A stretch of DNA of 64,000 bases, from positions 1 to 64,000 of the forward strand of contig NIVC01000491.1 of the NCBI GenBank assembly GCA_002269645.1, written 5' to 3'. This document shows positions 19,334 to 32,069 of this stretch, in pieces. This stretch comes from Macrostomum lignano (taxonomy: Eukaryota). The position numbers were made by a program, and so were the translations under genes. The first letter of the stretch is position 1. The number at the start of each line of letters is the position of its first letter. The notes under the pieces were generated by a model that saw only the letters and a list, made by a program, of their open reading frames with translations, made no database searches and was not told where the DNA came from.

Positions 19334-21749
19334 TCCTATATACTAAAAATGAAAATCTTGCTTGCTTGCTTGCTTGCTTGCAATCGATTAGAGAAAAAAT
19401 GGCTTAACCGATTTTCATGAGACTTGCACTGTTTGATCAGAAATTTTCCCGTGACGGTACATGCATCTTGGCTAAGAAATTGCTCCATGTTAAAGGGATT
19501 AAATATTCGAAAAACATGCTTTTTTGCAAAGGTCAAGCAAACTTTTCGACTTGAAATGCATTGTAAGAATGCTAGAGAAAAAAACTGACTGGTTGAATTC
19601 TGATTCTGAAATAGATTGCATCATAACTGAATTGTAACTCTGACTTGAATTGAAAATGCAGTGTGGAAGCGTAGCACCAGACTTGATTTAAATTGCGTAA
19701 CCATATTGTTAACTGATACTGACTGACTGAGAAATTGATTATGTCATAACTGCCTCGTGTGATTTACTCCATGCTTGGAGTTTTGAAACTTATAATTATA
19801 AGTGCTAAAATTCATATTATCAAAACGATGAGAGCTAGCCTAGAGGTAAACAGACTGACTGCTAAATGCAGGGACGATGGTTCGAATTTTTAGAGAGTGG
19901 AATTTTTTTAATTAAAGCTTTTTAACACCAAGAAGAAAACTAAAAAATCATAGAAGCGTCATGTAAAAAATCATAGAAGCATCATGTAAAAAATCATAGA
20001 AGCGTCATGTAAAAAATCATGGAAGCATCATGAAAAAATCATAGAAGCATCATGTAAAAATCATAGAAGCGTCCTGCAGAAATCGTAGAAGCATCATGTA
20101 AAAATCATAGAAGCGTCATGTAAACAATCATAGAAGCGTCATGTAAAAAATCATAGAAGCGTCATGTAAACAATCATAGAAGCGTCATGCAAAAAATCAT
20201 AGAAGTGTCATGTAAAAGATCATGGAAGCGTCATGAAAAAATCATGGAAGCGTCATGTAAAAATCATAGAAGTGTCATGTAAAAAATCATGGAAGCGTCA
20301 TGTAAAAATCATAGAAGCGTCATGTAAAAAATCATAGAAGCGTCATGTAAACAATCATAGAAGCGTCCTGCAGATATCGTAGAAGCGTCATGAAATAATC
20401 ATAGAAGCGTCATGTAAAAAGCATAGAAGCGTCATGTAAAAAATCATGGAAGCGTCATGTAAACAATCATAGTAGCGTCATGTAAAAATCATAGAAGTGT
20501 CATGAAAAAATCATAGAAGCGTCATGAAAAAAACATAGAAATGTCATGTAAAAATCATAGAATCGTCATATAAAAAGCATAGAAGCATCATGTAAACAAT
20601 CATAGAAGCGTCATATAAAAAGCATAGAAGCGGCATGAAAAAATCATGGAAGCGTCATGAAAAAATCATAGAAGCGTCATGTAAAAAGCATAGAAGCGTC
20701 ATGTAAACAATCATAGAAGCGTCATGAAAAAATCATAGAAGCCTCATTTAAAAACTAATGAAAGTGTCATTTAAAAAATTAAGAAGCATCATGGAAGAAT
20801 AAAAGAAGTGTAATGTAAAAATCAAAAGAAGCGTCATGTCAGACATGAAGGATGTCATGTAAAAATGAAATGCAGCTATAATGCTGTGCTGGGAAGAAAA
20901 ACTGAGACGTAAAGGCTCTCAGAGAATAACTGAGATTACGAGGGGGGGGTTGTTTCTGGGATCTCAAAGCAAAAGTCAGAAGCTACTTCAAAGTTCATGT
21001 ACTTTACTCAATTTTTTATTACATTCTTTGTTGGCTCGCCATGGGGGTGCTGATAGAAGAAGAGTCATGTAAAAAATAAAAGTAGCACTATGTATACATA
21101 AAAGACAAGTCATGTCAAAGTTAAAAGATTCATTTGGGAATTGCTACGATGTCAAAGCTTGGTGGAAATCGTTATAGTGCTGTGATTCTTAAAGAAGGAA
21201 TCACTAAAATGTCAAGGCTTAGGGGAGAAGAATTGCTGAGATTTCAAGGCTTTAGGTTGGGTTAAAGTTAGGTTTAGGTCAGGTGTGGGTTGAGGGTTAT
21301 ATTTTATCGGGTTTCAAGGTTAACAGTGGATTTTTTAGATTTCAAGGTTTATGGGGGCCATCGCTGACATGTCAAGGCTTACGGACAGGGGGGGGGAATA
21401 GCTGAGATGTCAAGGCTCACGGGGGTATAAATGAGATTTCAAGGCTAAAGTCAGAAGCTACATGTAGTTTATTGAAAACTTTTTATTACATTATTTGATG
21501 CCTCCTCAGGCGAGGGATTGCTGATAAAAAAAGCGTTATGTAAAAAATAAAAGAAGCTTATCGCTATAATGCTGTAGTAGTGCTATAATGACTCTTAGAG
21601 AGAATTACTGAAATTTCAATGCTTTAGGGTTAGGTTAGGGTTAGGGTTAGGGTTAGGGTTAGAAGGTTGACAGATATTTTTAGATAAGCTTATTAAAAAA
21701 ATGTGTATAGCATTTCTTTGGCTCCCCAACGGGGGGCGTAGATTGCTAG
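19334..21749 (+). mobile_element. Non-autonomous Helitron, copy 2 (near-identical head-to-tail duplicate)
   Basis: Same termini at an offset of 2451 bp. The only differences I noticed are G-run lengths. Confidence 0.75.
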
Positions 21750-24325
21750 TAATATTCTAATTGTTGTAATTTTGTAGACAACCAAATAAGCAAAAATCAG
21801 TAACTCACAACAATTATTGAAAATATCAAAATAAATACTGGTAGTAGCTGTGTAATTAAAAATTAGCTGAATTATAAGAATAAGTTATTTAGACCCTACT
21901 TTTAAGGTTTCTAATATTTTTTATTCATTTTCAAGTGCAAGACATGGGCTTATTGAACTTTATAGGTTTATAAGTTACATATAGGCCTATATAACTTTGG
22001 CCAATTGGTTTTTACCGATGTTAAAACTGATGTTAAATGTACATAATGGGAGTGGGGTGGCTGTATACTAGACGACAATTTACTCAGTTATAGGGTAGCT
22101 GACCAAATGGATGAGACTAAGAGATAAGTGAGTCATGCAAAATCATGCACATGTCTATGTACATTTTAATATCAGTTTTAACATCTGTAAAAACTGATCA
22201 ACCAAAGTTATTTTCATTAAATTAGTTGCAGTTTTGATAATATTTATAGATAATCCATAGTCAGGAAATGGCATGTGCATGCCAAAATTAAATTTGGGAA
22301 AAGGTCCTTATGTACACCCTATAGTCCCAAGTATGCACTGTGTATACAAGATTTTTTTTGCTTTGTAGGCTGGTTTGATGAATTTGATCCCATAGGCCAT
22401 AGTTAAGCTATGAAAGTTGTTGCAGGTCTCTAAATAGTAATTATATATATGTTTTTCAGAATCTCATTTTGATGTAATTATTGTGCATTTCTAATAATTG
22501 TTCTTCATCTTGTAATATTATATTTAGTTCTAGTAGCATTTTGATATAGTTTGCCTAAGCAGTCTTATGTAGGCTTATTCTAGTAATGGGTAATGGTCTA
22601 ATGTAATTGCCTGAGTGGTCTAATGTATTCTTTCTAGTCCTTCGGGCATTATCTAGATTAGAGGGTCATGGCATGTCTCTCTAAATTTCCTTTGATGGCT
22701 TATTATAATTCTCCAATCTATTCTCTTAGACTTAGTAAGCTTCTTAGCACTTCAAATTTCTTAGTGTAAAATACTAATTTGATATAATTCCTTCAAAGGT
22801 TTATTTAAACAACATTTAAAAGGTCTTGAGGGCATTGGGAAGCATACATGCCCAACACCTGTCTAACCCATCCAAACTAGATGGGTAAAATGGCCACTGG
22901 CCAAGGTAAGTTGCAAAATCAAAAATGTGAAAAACAAAAAATTGGGAGAATAAAGAAAGGAAAGGAAGAGAAATGGAAAAGAAAGGAGAGAAAAGAGAGT
23001 AAGGGGAAAGAGAAAGAGAAGAAAAGAGAAGAAAGCAGGAAAAAAAGAAAAAAGTCATATATACAAAGTGAAAATTAAGTTGCAATCAAGAGGAACTAAG
23101 TCGCAAATCTGGACAAAGCAAAGTTGTACCAGATAGGTGAAACTTTGAGGTTGGGAAGGGGGTTTTAGTGGTAAGAAAAATGGTATTCCTTTGATTTACA
23201 AGTTCATTTTTTCACCTACATTTTGGTTCATGATCCTCATGTAATTTTCTATTTCGGTGTTCAAAAGAAACAAAAATGGTTAAACTAGGCTTATTCATTT
23301 CACTAGAAAAACTAAATAGAATAGCCAACCTATAGTTTCTCCTATGGCATGGCAATGATGAGGATCCTATGTATCTACCTCAGTTTATGATCATTAAAAT
23401 AGTAGAAATAACACTTAAATGATTGTGAAGTGAAGGTAAGGGAGTTGTAGTGATTTTATATTCCAAAACTGTTCAATGAAGATAATCCTATATATCTACT
23501 TGGTTTACAATCATTTCAATGGCAGAAATACATGTAATTTGATTACAAACTGAAGGTAAGGGGGTTTAGTGTATCATGATGCTGTCTCATTGACTTCTAA
23601 ACCATTTGCATATGGTGCAACAATAGTTTGACCACTGGATTGCAGCTTTAGACTCAACTCCATACATTATCTGCAAAGTTCTGTGGAAAAAAGACAAATA
23701 AATTAATATACCACATTTGTATTCACTACCTTTCTCAGCTTTGGTTTATAATCATTTAAATTGAAGAAATACATATAAATGATTGAAAACCAAAGGTAGC
23801 TTGTGTATTTAGATAGCCATCAATTTTAGTTACTTATTACACAAAACCCCCTTACCTTCAGCTCACAATCATTTAAAGTTATTTCTGCTATTTAAATGAT
23901 TGTAAACTAAAGAGGACATATAAGATCTTTTTTGTCAAACACTGGCACACATTTGAACATCTCTTCTATAACCATATGCATAGGTATTTATAGGAATAAG
24001 AATAACTATTTATTCAAGTATTCATACATATACCTACTTTATTTTTATTCAAAGCTTTTTATTTAGTATTCAACTGTCAGTGAAATTCACTATTATAATT
24101 GATACAACAAATTATATATTTAATAACCTAGTGTTAAACCAAGAAACCATTGACATACTTAGCTTTTTATTGAAACAATTCCAATTTTGGCAAAACTATT
24201 GCATTTTGGCATGGCTGTTAGACAGTATGATGCTAATGAATTTCAAAATCAAAATGTTACCATTACAGTAAACAAAAATGCTACTATTCAAATAAAAATA
24301 CACTTTTGTTTTATCTTACTTGTAG

Positions 24326-24453
24326 GTTACGCCAATGAAGTTGGTGAAGCATTTCGGATTCAAGTCCATGTGAACTGGGTTCGCTTCTCCTATGTGGTTG
24401 CATCGGGCTATGTGGCTGCTGACACTGCACACAAAACTCAACTTGAGTATCAG
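24326..24453 (+). CDS. MTFP1: MTFP1 exon 2
   Basis: Acceptor tgtag|. Reads (G)YANEVGEAFRIQVHVNWVRFSYVVASGYVAADTAHKTQLEYQ. Donor CAG|GTAAT, phases compatible. Confidence 0.92.
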
Positions 24454-24559
24454 GTAATAATACTTAAAGAGCTAATAGTTAATCTACTTTGAAGCTAAAC
24501 TTTATTAATTCCCATGATAATTAAAAATCCTTCCTTATTTCCTGTGATTCCAGTCCCAA

Positions 24560-25090
24560 TTTCACGATCCTCAACCCTTAATCCAAAGAATCCTCAACCC
24601 TTAATCCCCATGATCATCAACCCTTAATCCCCATGGTTCTCAACCCTTAATCCCCATGACCCTCAACTCAACTCTTAATCCCCATGATAATCAACCATTA
24701 ATCCCCATGATAATCAACCATTAATCCCCATGATAATCAACCCTTGATCCCCATGATCCTCAAACCCTTAATCCCATGGATAATCAACCCTTAATCTCCA
24801 TGATCTTCAACCCTTAATCCCCATGATCCTCAACCCTTAATCCCCATGACCCTCAACCCTTAATCCCCATGACCCTCAACCCTTAATCCCCATGACCCTC
24901 AACCCTTAATCCCCATGATCCTCAACCCTTAATCCCCATGACCCTCAACCCTTAATCCCCATGACCCTCAACCCTTAATCCCCATGACCCTCAACCCTTA
25001 ATCCCCATGACCCTCAACCCTTAATCCCCATGACCCTCAACCCTTAATCCCCATGACCCTCAACTCCTAATCCCCAAGGTCCTCAACCCT
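24560..25090. repeat. 23-bp minisatellite in MTFP1 intron 2
   Basis: Unit ccccatgaccctcaacccttaat. Confidence 0.95.
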
Positions 25091-25160
25091 TCCCCTATTC
25101 TTTTTTTTCTCACCAAACCGTGCGTCTTATTGATCCAAACCCAACCCAACCCACTCGCAG

Positions 25161-25490
25161 GCCTCAGGTAATCGCTGGAATTCCCGAGTCGCTTTTGCCT
25201 GCTTAGACTCGCTAGTCTGGCAAAGCCTGGCGTCAGTAATTGTACCCGGCCTTACAATCAACAGAATCTGCTGGGCAGCCAATTTAACAATTAATAAGCT
25301 AATTAGAATGCGCACACTGACTACGGTTGGGCCGTTAACAACTCGTTGGTTAGTAACTGGCATTGGGCTGGGCAGCATCCCCTTCATCGTTGGGCCCATA
25401 GACAGGACTGTGCACTCCGCCATGGACGGCAGTTTGAGGCGTTTTGCTCCGAAAGCTGAGCAGCCAACTTCTACTAAAGGAGAAGACTAA
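25161..25490 (+). CDS. MTFP1: MTFP1 exon 3 (protein ~182 aa in total)
   Basis: Acceptor cgcag|. Reads ASGNRWNSRVAFACLDSLVWQSLASVIVPGLTINRIC...GLGSIPFIVGPIDRTVHSAMDGSLRRF..., matching MTFP1 DTFVWQALASVAIPGFTINRVC and IPIIIHPIDRSV. Confidence 0.92.
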   Translation, partial: ASGNRWNSRVAFACLDSLVWQSLASVIVPGLTINRICWAANLTINKLIRMRTLTTVGPLTTRWLVTGIGLGSIPFIVGPIDRTVHSAMDGSLRRFAPKAEQPTSTKGED

Positions 25491-26411
25491 ATTTCTGCGT
25501 TTGCAGTCTTTTGTTTAACTGGAAGCTAGTTTAAATTTTATTAAACACTGTTGCTCATTTATTTTAAGCGAGTTTCCAACCCAAAATTGATCTCCCATCT
25601 ATTCAATCAATCTTGTATTATTAGCATTTAAATCTTACAAAACAAAGATTGTCTTTATTTTCTTAGATTTTTAGTTTTCGATTATTTAATAATGCAATTT
25701 GTTAGAATCTGATCATGCTGTTTGACCGGTCTTCCCTTGAACAAAAATGGACTATTTCTAATAATATTACACTAGTTTAGTTTAGTTAAAGGATAAACTT
25801 TGATATTTTTGAAGGCCGATTTTCTAGAAAAGGTTATTCCAGGAAATTTGCCTCCAAAAACTACGCGGTCTCTGAGTCTTACGTCCTGTTACAATATGCT
25901 ACAGTAGTCCTTGGTTTAGTTGGCTATTAGTTGCAAAGTAGTTTTTAGCTTATGATTGCTTTTATTGAAAAATATATAGACAATTAACTTGCAAGTAATT
26001 TTATTATTTTATTCAAAAATTAAATGCTGGTCACGTTTGTTCAGCTTCCTTAGATTTAATATGCAAAATGTCTACTTTTCTACTTAGTTAGTAGCTTAAA
26101 CGGGTAATTTCGCCTCGGGCTGCATATAAATCAATGCTTTAAAGGTATTTTTCAGTGGCACCAGCGTTAGTGCGGTTGGGGTTTGCTAAAATTGGTAACT
26201 TTACTAACAAAACCCGCTCCCGTCTGTCAGTGGCTTGCTTTAAAAATGAAGATTTAAAAGTACAAAAGAAAGTAACGGCCTTCAAGCCTTGGCCGCTGGC
26301 CATCTGTATGTGGGGCCGTGATTTCCAGTGTAGAGGAATAACTTGGGCTTCTGGAAAAAGGAAAGTTTTTTGGCGTGTTTACACCGAGCCAGGCCGTCAT
26401 TGATGCTTTAG

Positions 26412-29400
26412 CAACAACAACAACAACAAAATACGCGGCCCCGCAAGCAAAGTCAGTTAGAGCAGGGCGCGTCAGATGGCGCGCCGCAGAGCCTGGGAGC
26501 GAACGAAATCCGCTCCGTTGGCAGTGTCGGGCGCCCCAGCGTCGCACAGCAGGCAGTCCACGTATCGACGGGTTCGGGCCTGACCCCGCCTGAACGGGCC
26601 CTGCAAGGTGAGCAGCAGGACGTCCTGAACGGGTTGGGGGCAGTAGCCCTCGCCCGGATCACGTGGCCCGCCAGTTGGAGTCGCCGTCGGCGCAGGATGG
26701 TGGACGGGCGCTGCAGCTTGGCCCGATCGTACAGGGCCTCGGTCCCGACGCTCTCGTCAGCTCGAAAGGCCGCACGGAGCAGCCCTGAGTGCGCCGAGTC
26801 CAGCTGCCGCTCCAGCGTAGCCGTCAGCGTCCACGTCTCGGCGTTGTAGAGCAGGACGGTTTCGACCACCGCCTGCCACAGCCGAGCCCTCTGGCGGTCG
26901 GGCAGCGCTTCGGACTGGAGGACGGCTCGGATCGAACGAAAGGCCGCCCAGGCAAGTCCTCTGCGCCGCCGGAGGTCTTCTTCCACGTGGGGCACCAGAC
27001 CGCCGAGGTAGGTGAACCGCTGGCAACGTGCGAGCCTGGTCGTCTGCCCGTCTGCGCCGCGGCATGTCAGGTCTGCTGGGATTTCGGCCGGCACAGTCAG
27101 CACCTCGGTCTTTAGCGTGTTGACAACCAGACCGACGCTCGATGCTACCTCGACCAACCTGTCGATCTGGCGCTGGGCGCCTCCAACAGACGAGGACAGG
27201 AGGGCGAGGTCGTCGGCGTAGCCAAGCACGCTTAGGCGCTTTTCGCCGTGGCGGCGACCGATGCGTCTGCGCAGCAGGAAGCCGTCATTAGCCGAGGGGA
27301 GTGCGGTCCGAAGCACCCAGTCCAGCAGCAGCACGAAGAGGAACGGCGCCAAGGTGTCTCCCTGCAGAACTCCTGATGAAGTGTCGAACAGGTCAGACAG
27401 GCCGTCCGCCGTCACCACAGCAGCTCGAGTATCGCAATACAGCGCCATGACAGCGTCGATTAGCTGCTGGGGCACCCGGTAGGCTCGAAGGACAAAGGGG
27501 AGAGCGGCTCTCAACACCGAGTCAAACGCCTTTCGGAAGTCAACGAAGACAATGATCAGCGTAGACTGGCGGATGCGCGCCTCCTCGATGACACGGCGGA
27601 GTGCGAGGATCTGTGTCACTGTACCGCGTTGCGGCCGGAATCCGTTCTGCTCGTACCGCAGGTACGGGTCCAGCACCGACTGCAGACGATCGAGCAGCAG
27701 CCGGTTGAAGAGCTTCGCGGTGCAGGACATCAGCGAGATCCCGCGGTGGTCTTCTTTCCGCGTTGTCCCTGCCTTCTTCGGGATTGGCACGATGTGCGCG
27801 ACGGTCCACTCGGTGGGCGCAGGAGCGCCGGCGAGCACGCGGTTCATGACGCCTGTGACCTGGGAGGCCACACAGCGGAGCCGCAGCGCTTCGACCGGGA
27901 CTTCGTCGGGGCCGAGCGCCTTGCCGCCTGATGTTTTCCGAGCGAACAGCACAACGTCCTCCGTGGTGACTGGTCTGGTGCAGAAGTCCTCCTCAGCTGG
28001 GAGCGGCGTGTCCAGTGGGAGCGCAAAGCTGGCGGGCAGCGGCGATGCGGGCGCGTTCACAATGCCGGCGAAGAAGTCGCGCAATTCATTCCTGCGCTCC
28101 TCCGGAGTGTCGCCGGCCAGATTCAGCGCCACGCGCTTTTTGCGCCCCGTCAGAGTCCGGACGGCCGTCCACACTGCGCGGCTCTTCACGTCGGGGCCGG
28201 CTGCAGTGATGGACCTAATGGCGTCGTCGACAGCGGCCTGCTGCCGCTCGTCAAGAAGGCGCTCAAATGCGTCTTCAGCTTCGCCTGTGGGCCTCCGGTT
28301 TCTGCGGAGTCGCTCGATGTTGAGCCGCGCCTGCCTGATGGCGGGGTCGCTCTGCCAGGCAGGCAACAATTTTTGCGCTGGCCGCATCAGCGGGACCGTC
28401 TGCTCTGCAGCGGCTCTAACGGCGGTGCTGATGTCGGAATACTCCGCCTCGCGCTGGTCTCCAAGCGAGCCGACGAAGGCACCCGCAAATTGACGCTTCA
28501 CACGGGTGTCCAACAGTGCACGATAGTAGCGCCGTGGCCGCTGCTTTGGCGGTCGGTAGAGCTGATCGCGGAGCCGCAAGTCGCAGATCAGGAGTCGGTG
28601 GTCTGACCGGAGAGCCAGCGGAGCCATGGTGTCGCAGTTGGTGACGCGGCGGCGCTCGCGAGTGCGAACCAGCGCATGATCGAGTTGCGCCAGTCTCCTC
28701 GTGGCATTCCGCCCGCGTGCGTTCCGCCGCCTTCTCTTGCAGCCCGCAAAGGTGACCAGGCGGGCAGGGGGCTTGCGGAACTGGGTGTTCGCGGACACCA
28801 GGTCCAGCCGGTCAAGCAGGTCCTCCAGCGCATCGGTGTTGGCGTTCTCGCGTCCCGCGACAAAGGGCGAGCGCTCGGACCTCCGCGGGACTGCGTTCAG
28901 GTCTCCGAGCACTGCCAGCGTGTCGCGGTTTGGCACCTCTTCCAGCTGCCCAGCCAGGAAGTCGAAGAAGGCACGCGCCTCCTCGGGGTGAGCAGCGGTG
29001 GGTGCATACGCGCAGAACAGCCGGATGCAGCGGGCGCGCAGTCGCAGGTCGACCCGCATCAGTCGCGAAGACAGCGAGATGCAGTGCATGCTCTGCTGGA
29101 GGCGCGGTCCGATCAGTACGCCGACACCGCCCCGGCCGCGGTTGTCTGCCGACGTGTACAGGAGGCTCCAGCCGGCTCCGAGGTCCTCAGACTGGAGCCC
29201 CGGCTCGGCCACGATAGAGACCTCCTGCAGTGAGACGAGGTCCAGCTGTAGGTCGTGGGCCAGCTGGACAAGGATGGTGCGACGCCAGGGGGCCTTCAGA
29301 GTTCGGCAGTTCATCGTGCCGAGCCTGAGGCGGCCACCTGGTACAGCTGGGGCCAGATGGAGGTTGGCCTCATGGTCCCCGGCGCCACCCGGCGGATCCA

Positions 29401-29641
29401 TAGTTGAGGTAGCAGGGACTGGGGAAAACAGGCGCCTGGCCGCGCCACGGAGTCGCCCTCGCCGGTTGCGCTCGCGCCGCCGCTCAGTGCGACGTTGCGC
29501 GCTGCGCTGACCTCTGCGAGTCCCTGCTGTGCTGAGCTTTGCTGCCGCAGCCGAAGCGCGGCCGTCCGAGCCAACCGAGGTCATCCGCGGCCTGATGATC
29601 TGGCCGCGATGCCAGGAGGTGTCAGCACGATTTGCACGGGT
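26412..29641 (-). mobile_element. RTE-type non-LTR retrotransposon (LINE), essentially full length
   Basis: Single ORF with APE endonuclease and RT, GC-rich 5' UTR, short 3' UTR ending in (TTG)n on the element strand. Confidence 0.9.
26472..29401 (-). CDS. APE endonuclease + reverse transcriptase ORF of the LINE (1-nt frameshift near 26651)
   Basis: GTMNCRTL, SLQEV, CAYAPT, VLGDLNA and QLDHAL (APE); HRGISLMS, QNGFRP, FVDFRKAFDSV, GVLQGDTLAPFLF, YADDL and FTYLG (RT). The natural C-terminus ...EGYCPQPVQDVLLL...ALRRAI* is in the shifted frame. Confidence 0.92.
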
Positions 29642-31020
29642 GTGCAAATAAAATGGCTCTGCAAATAAAATGGCTCTGCAAATAAAATGGCTCTGCAAAT
29701 AAAATGGCTCTGCAAATAAAATGGCTCTGCAAATAAAATGGCTCTGCAAATAAAATGGCTCTGCAAATAAAATGGCTCTGCAAATAAAATGGCTCTGCAA
29801 ATAAAATGGCTCTGCAAATAAAATGGCTCTGCAAATAAAATGGCTCTGCAAATAAAATGGCTCTGCAAATAAAATGGCTCTGCAAATAAAATGGCTCTGC
29901 AAATAAAATGGCTCTGCAAATAAAATGGCTCTGCAAATAAAATGGCTCTGCAAATAAAATGGCTCTGCAAATAAAATGGCTCTGCAAATAAAATGGCTCT
30001 GCAAATAAAATGGCTCTGCAAATAAAATGGCTCTGCAAATAAAATGGCTCTGCAAATAAAATGGCTCTGCAAATAAAATGGCTCTGCAAATAAAATGGCT
30101 CTGCAAATAAAATGGCTCTGCAAATAAAATGGCTCTGCAAATAAAATGGCTCTGCAAATAAAATGGCTCTGCAAATAAAATGGCTCTGCAAATAAAATGG
30201 CTCTGCAAATAAAATGGCCCTGCAAATAAAATGGCTCTGCAAATAAAATGGCTCTGCAAATAAAATGGCTCTGCAAATAAAATGGCTCTGCAAATAAAAT
30301 GGCTCTGCAAATAAAATGGCTCTGCAAATAAAATGGCTCTGCAAATAAAATGGCTCTGCAAATAAAATGGCTCTGCAAATAAAATGGCTCTGCAAATAAA
30401 ATGGCTCTGCAAATAAAATGGCTCTGCAAATAAAATGGCTCTGCAAATAAAATGGCTCTGCAAATAAAATGGCTCTGCAAATAAAATGGCTCTGCAAATA
30501 AAATGGCTCTGCAAATAAAATGGCTCTGCAAATAAAATGGCTCTGCAAATAAAATGGCTCTGCAAATAAAATGGCTCTGCAAATAAAATGGCTCTGCAAA
30601 TAAAATGGCTCTGCAAATAAAATGGCTCTGCAAATAAAATGGCTCTGCAAATAAAATGGCTCTGCAAATAAAATGGCTCTGCAAATAAAATGGCTCTGCA
30701 AATAAAATGGCTCTGCAAATAAAATGGCTCTGCAAATAAAATGGCTCTGCAAATAAAATGGCTCTGCAAATAAAATGGCTCTGCAAATAAAATGGCTCTG
30801 CAAATAAAATGGCTCTGCAAATAAAATGGCTCTGCAAATAAAATGGCTCTGCAAATAAAATGGCTCTGCAAATAAAATGGCTCTGCAAATAAAATGGCTC
30901 TGCAAATAAAATGGCTCTGCAAATAAAATGGCTCTGCAAATAAAATGGCTCTGCAAATAAAATGGCTCTGCAAATAAAATGGCTCTGCAAATAAAATGGC
31001 TCTGCAAATAAAATGGCTCT
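29642..31020. repeat. 17-bp satellite, ~81 nearly identical copies
   Basis: Unit gcaaataaaatggctct, with a single variant near 30218. Confidence 0.98.
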
Positions 31021-31164
31021 CGGTTTATATTTTATAATAAAACGGTTTAGCAAACTGTATACACAGCTTTCGGGTGACATGATGGGAAGGTTTGTGCTTG
31101 TGTGGCGTGTGTACAGTGATTGTCTGTCCTTTGTGCTTAGGATAAGCCTTTATCGGATTTTTGG

Positions 31165-31695
31165 CACTACCTGTCTTGGGATATCGGATTCTACATACCT
31201 GTCTCGGGATATCGGATTCTAAATACCTGTCTCGGGATATCGGATTCTACATACCTGTCTCGGGATATTGGATTCTACATACCTGTCTCGGGATATTGTT
31301 GGGTTCTGCATACCTGTCTTGGGGATATTGTTGGGTTCTGCATACCTGTCTTGGGGATATTGTTGGGTTCTGCATACCTGTCTTGGGGATATTGTTGGGT
31401 TCTGCATACCTGTCTTGGGGATATTGTTGGGTTCTACATACCTGTCTGAGATATTGTTGGGTTCTACCTGCATACCTGTCTTGGGGATATTGTTGGGTTC
31501 TACATACCTGTCTTGGGGATATTGTTGGGTTCTTCATACCTGTCTGAGATATTGTTGAGTTCTACATACCTGTCTTGGGACATTGTTGAGTTCTACATAC
31601 CTGTCCTGGGACATTGTTGAGTTCTACATACCTGTCTTGGGACATTGTTGAGTTCTACATACCTGTCTTGGGACATTGTTGAGTTCTACATACGT
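31165..31695. repeat. 28-32-bp minisatellite with graded unit change
   Basis: gggatatcggattctacatacctgtctc shifts to ggggatattgttgggttctgcatacctgtctt. Confidence 0.93.
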
Positions 31696-32069
31696 GTAAT
31701 CTTTGGTGGAGAAAAGACAGCACAGAACAGCCAGCATCGCTTCCTTTGCTGTCTCGACTCGTGTCTGTCTCGTGGCGGGACTAATGAGCCCCCATGCTAA
31801 TCAGGCTTTTCCTTGACAATCTTTGTTTTTTTCGGGTGTCCCAGTCGGTCGCTATAATTAATTTGAGTCGCAAAAGTACAAATACAGTAGCTAGACTTTA
31901 GACATTTAGTATTAGTATATAGGTGGATATATGCCTGATACCTTTATTACATGACGGTCTCTGCTCACACATCTTAGCATCAAGGAATGGAATCAATGTT
32001 AGTGATTACTTGGTTGTGTCACATGTACAATGTAGCTCATTTAAACTATGCCCCCCCCCCGGTTTCGGT

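Noticed and set aside
29402-29641. Self-cleaving ribozyme in the LINE 5' UTR (CTGATGA at 29592; ACCTCC motif)
   Set aside because: I could not complete a hammerhead (no GAAA core) or an HDV P1-P4 fold by eye. Only a simple hairpin is supported.
29642-31080. ORFs of 461-1506 aa with QSHFICRAILFAEPFYL repeats, including an apparent N-terminal extension of the LINE ORF
   Set aside because: A stop-free 17-bp satellite gives the same peptide in all three frames. The real LINE protein starts near 29401.
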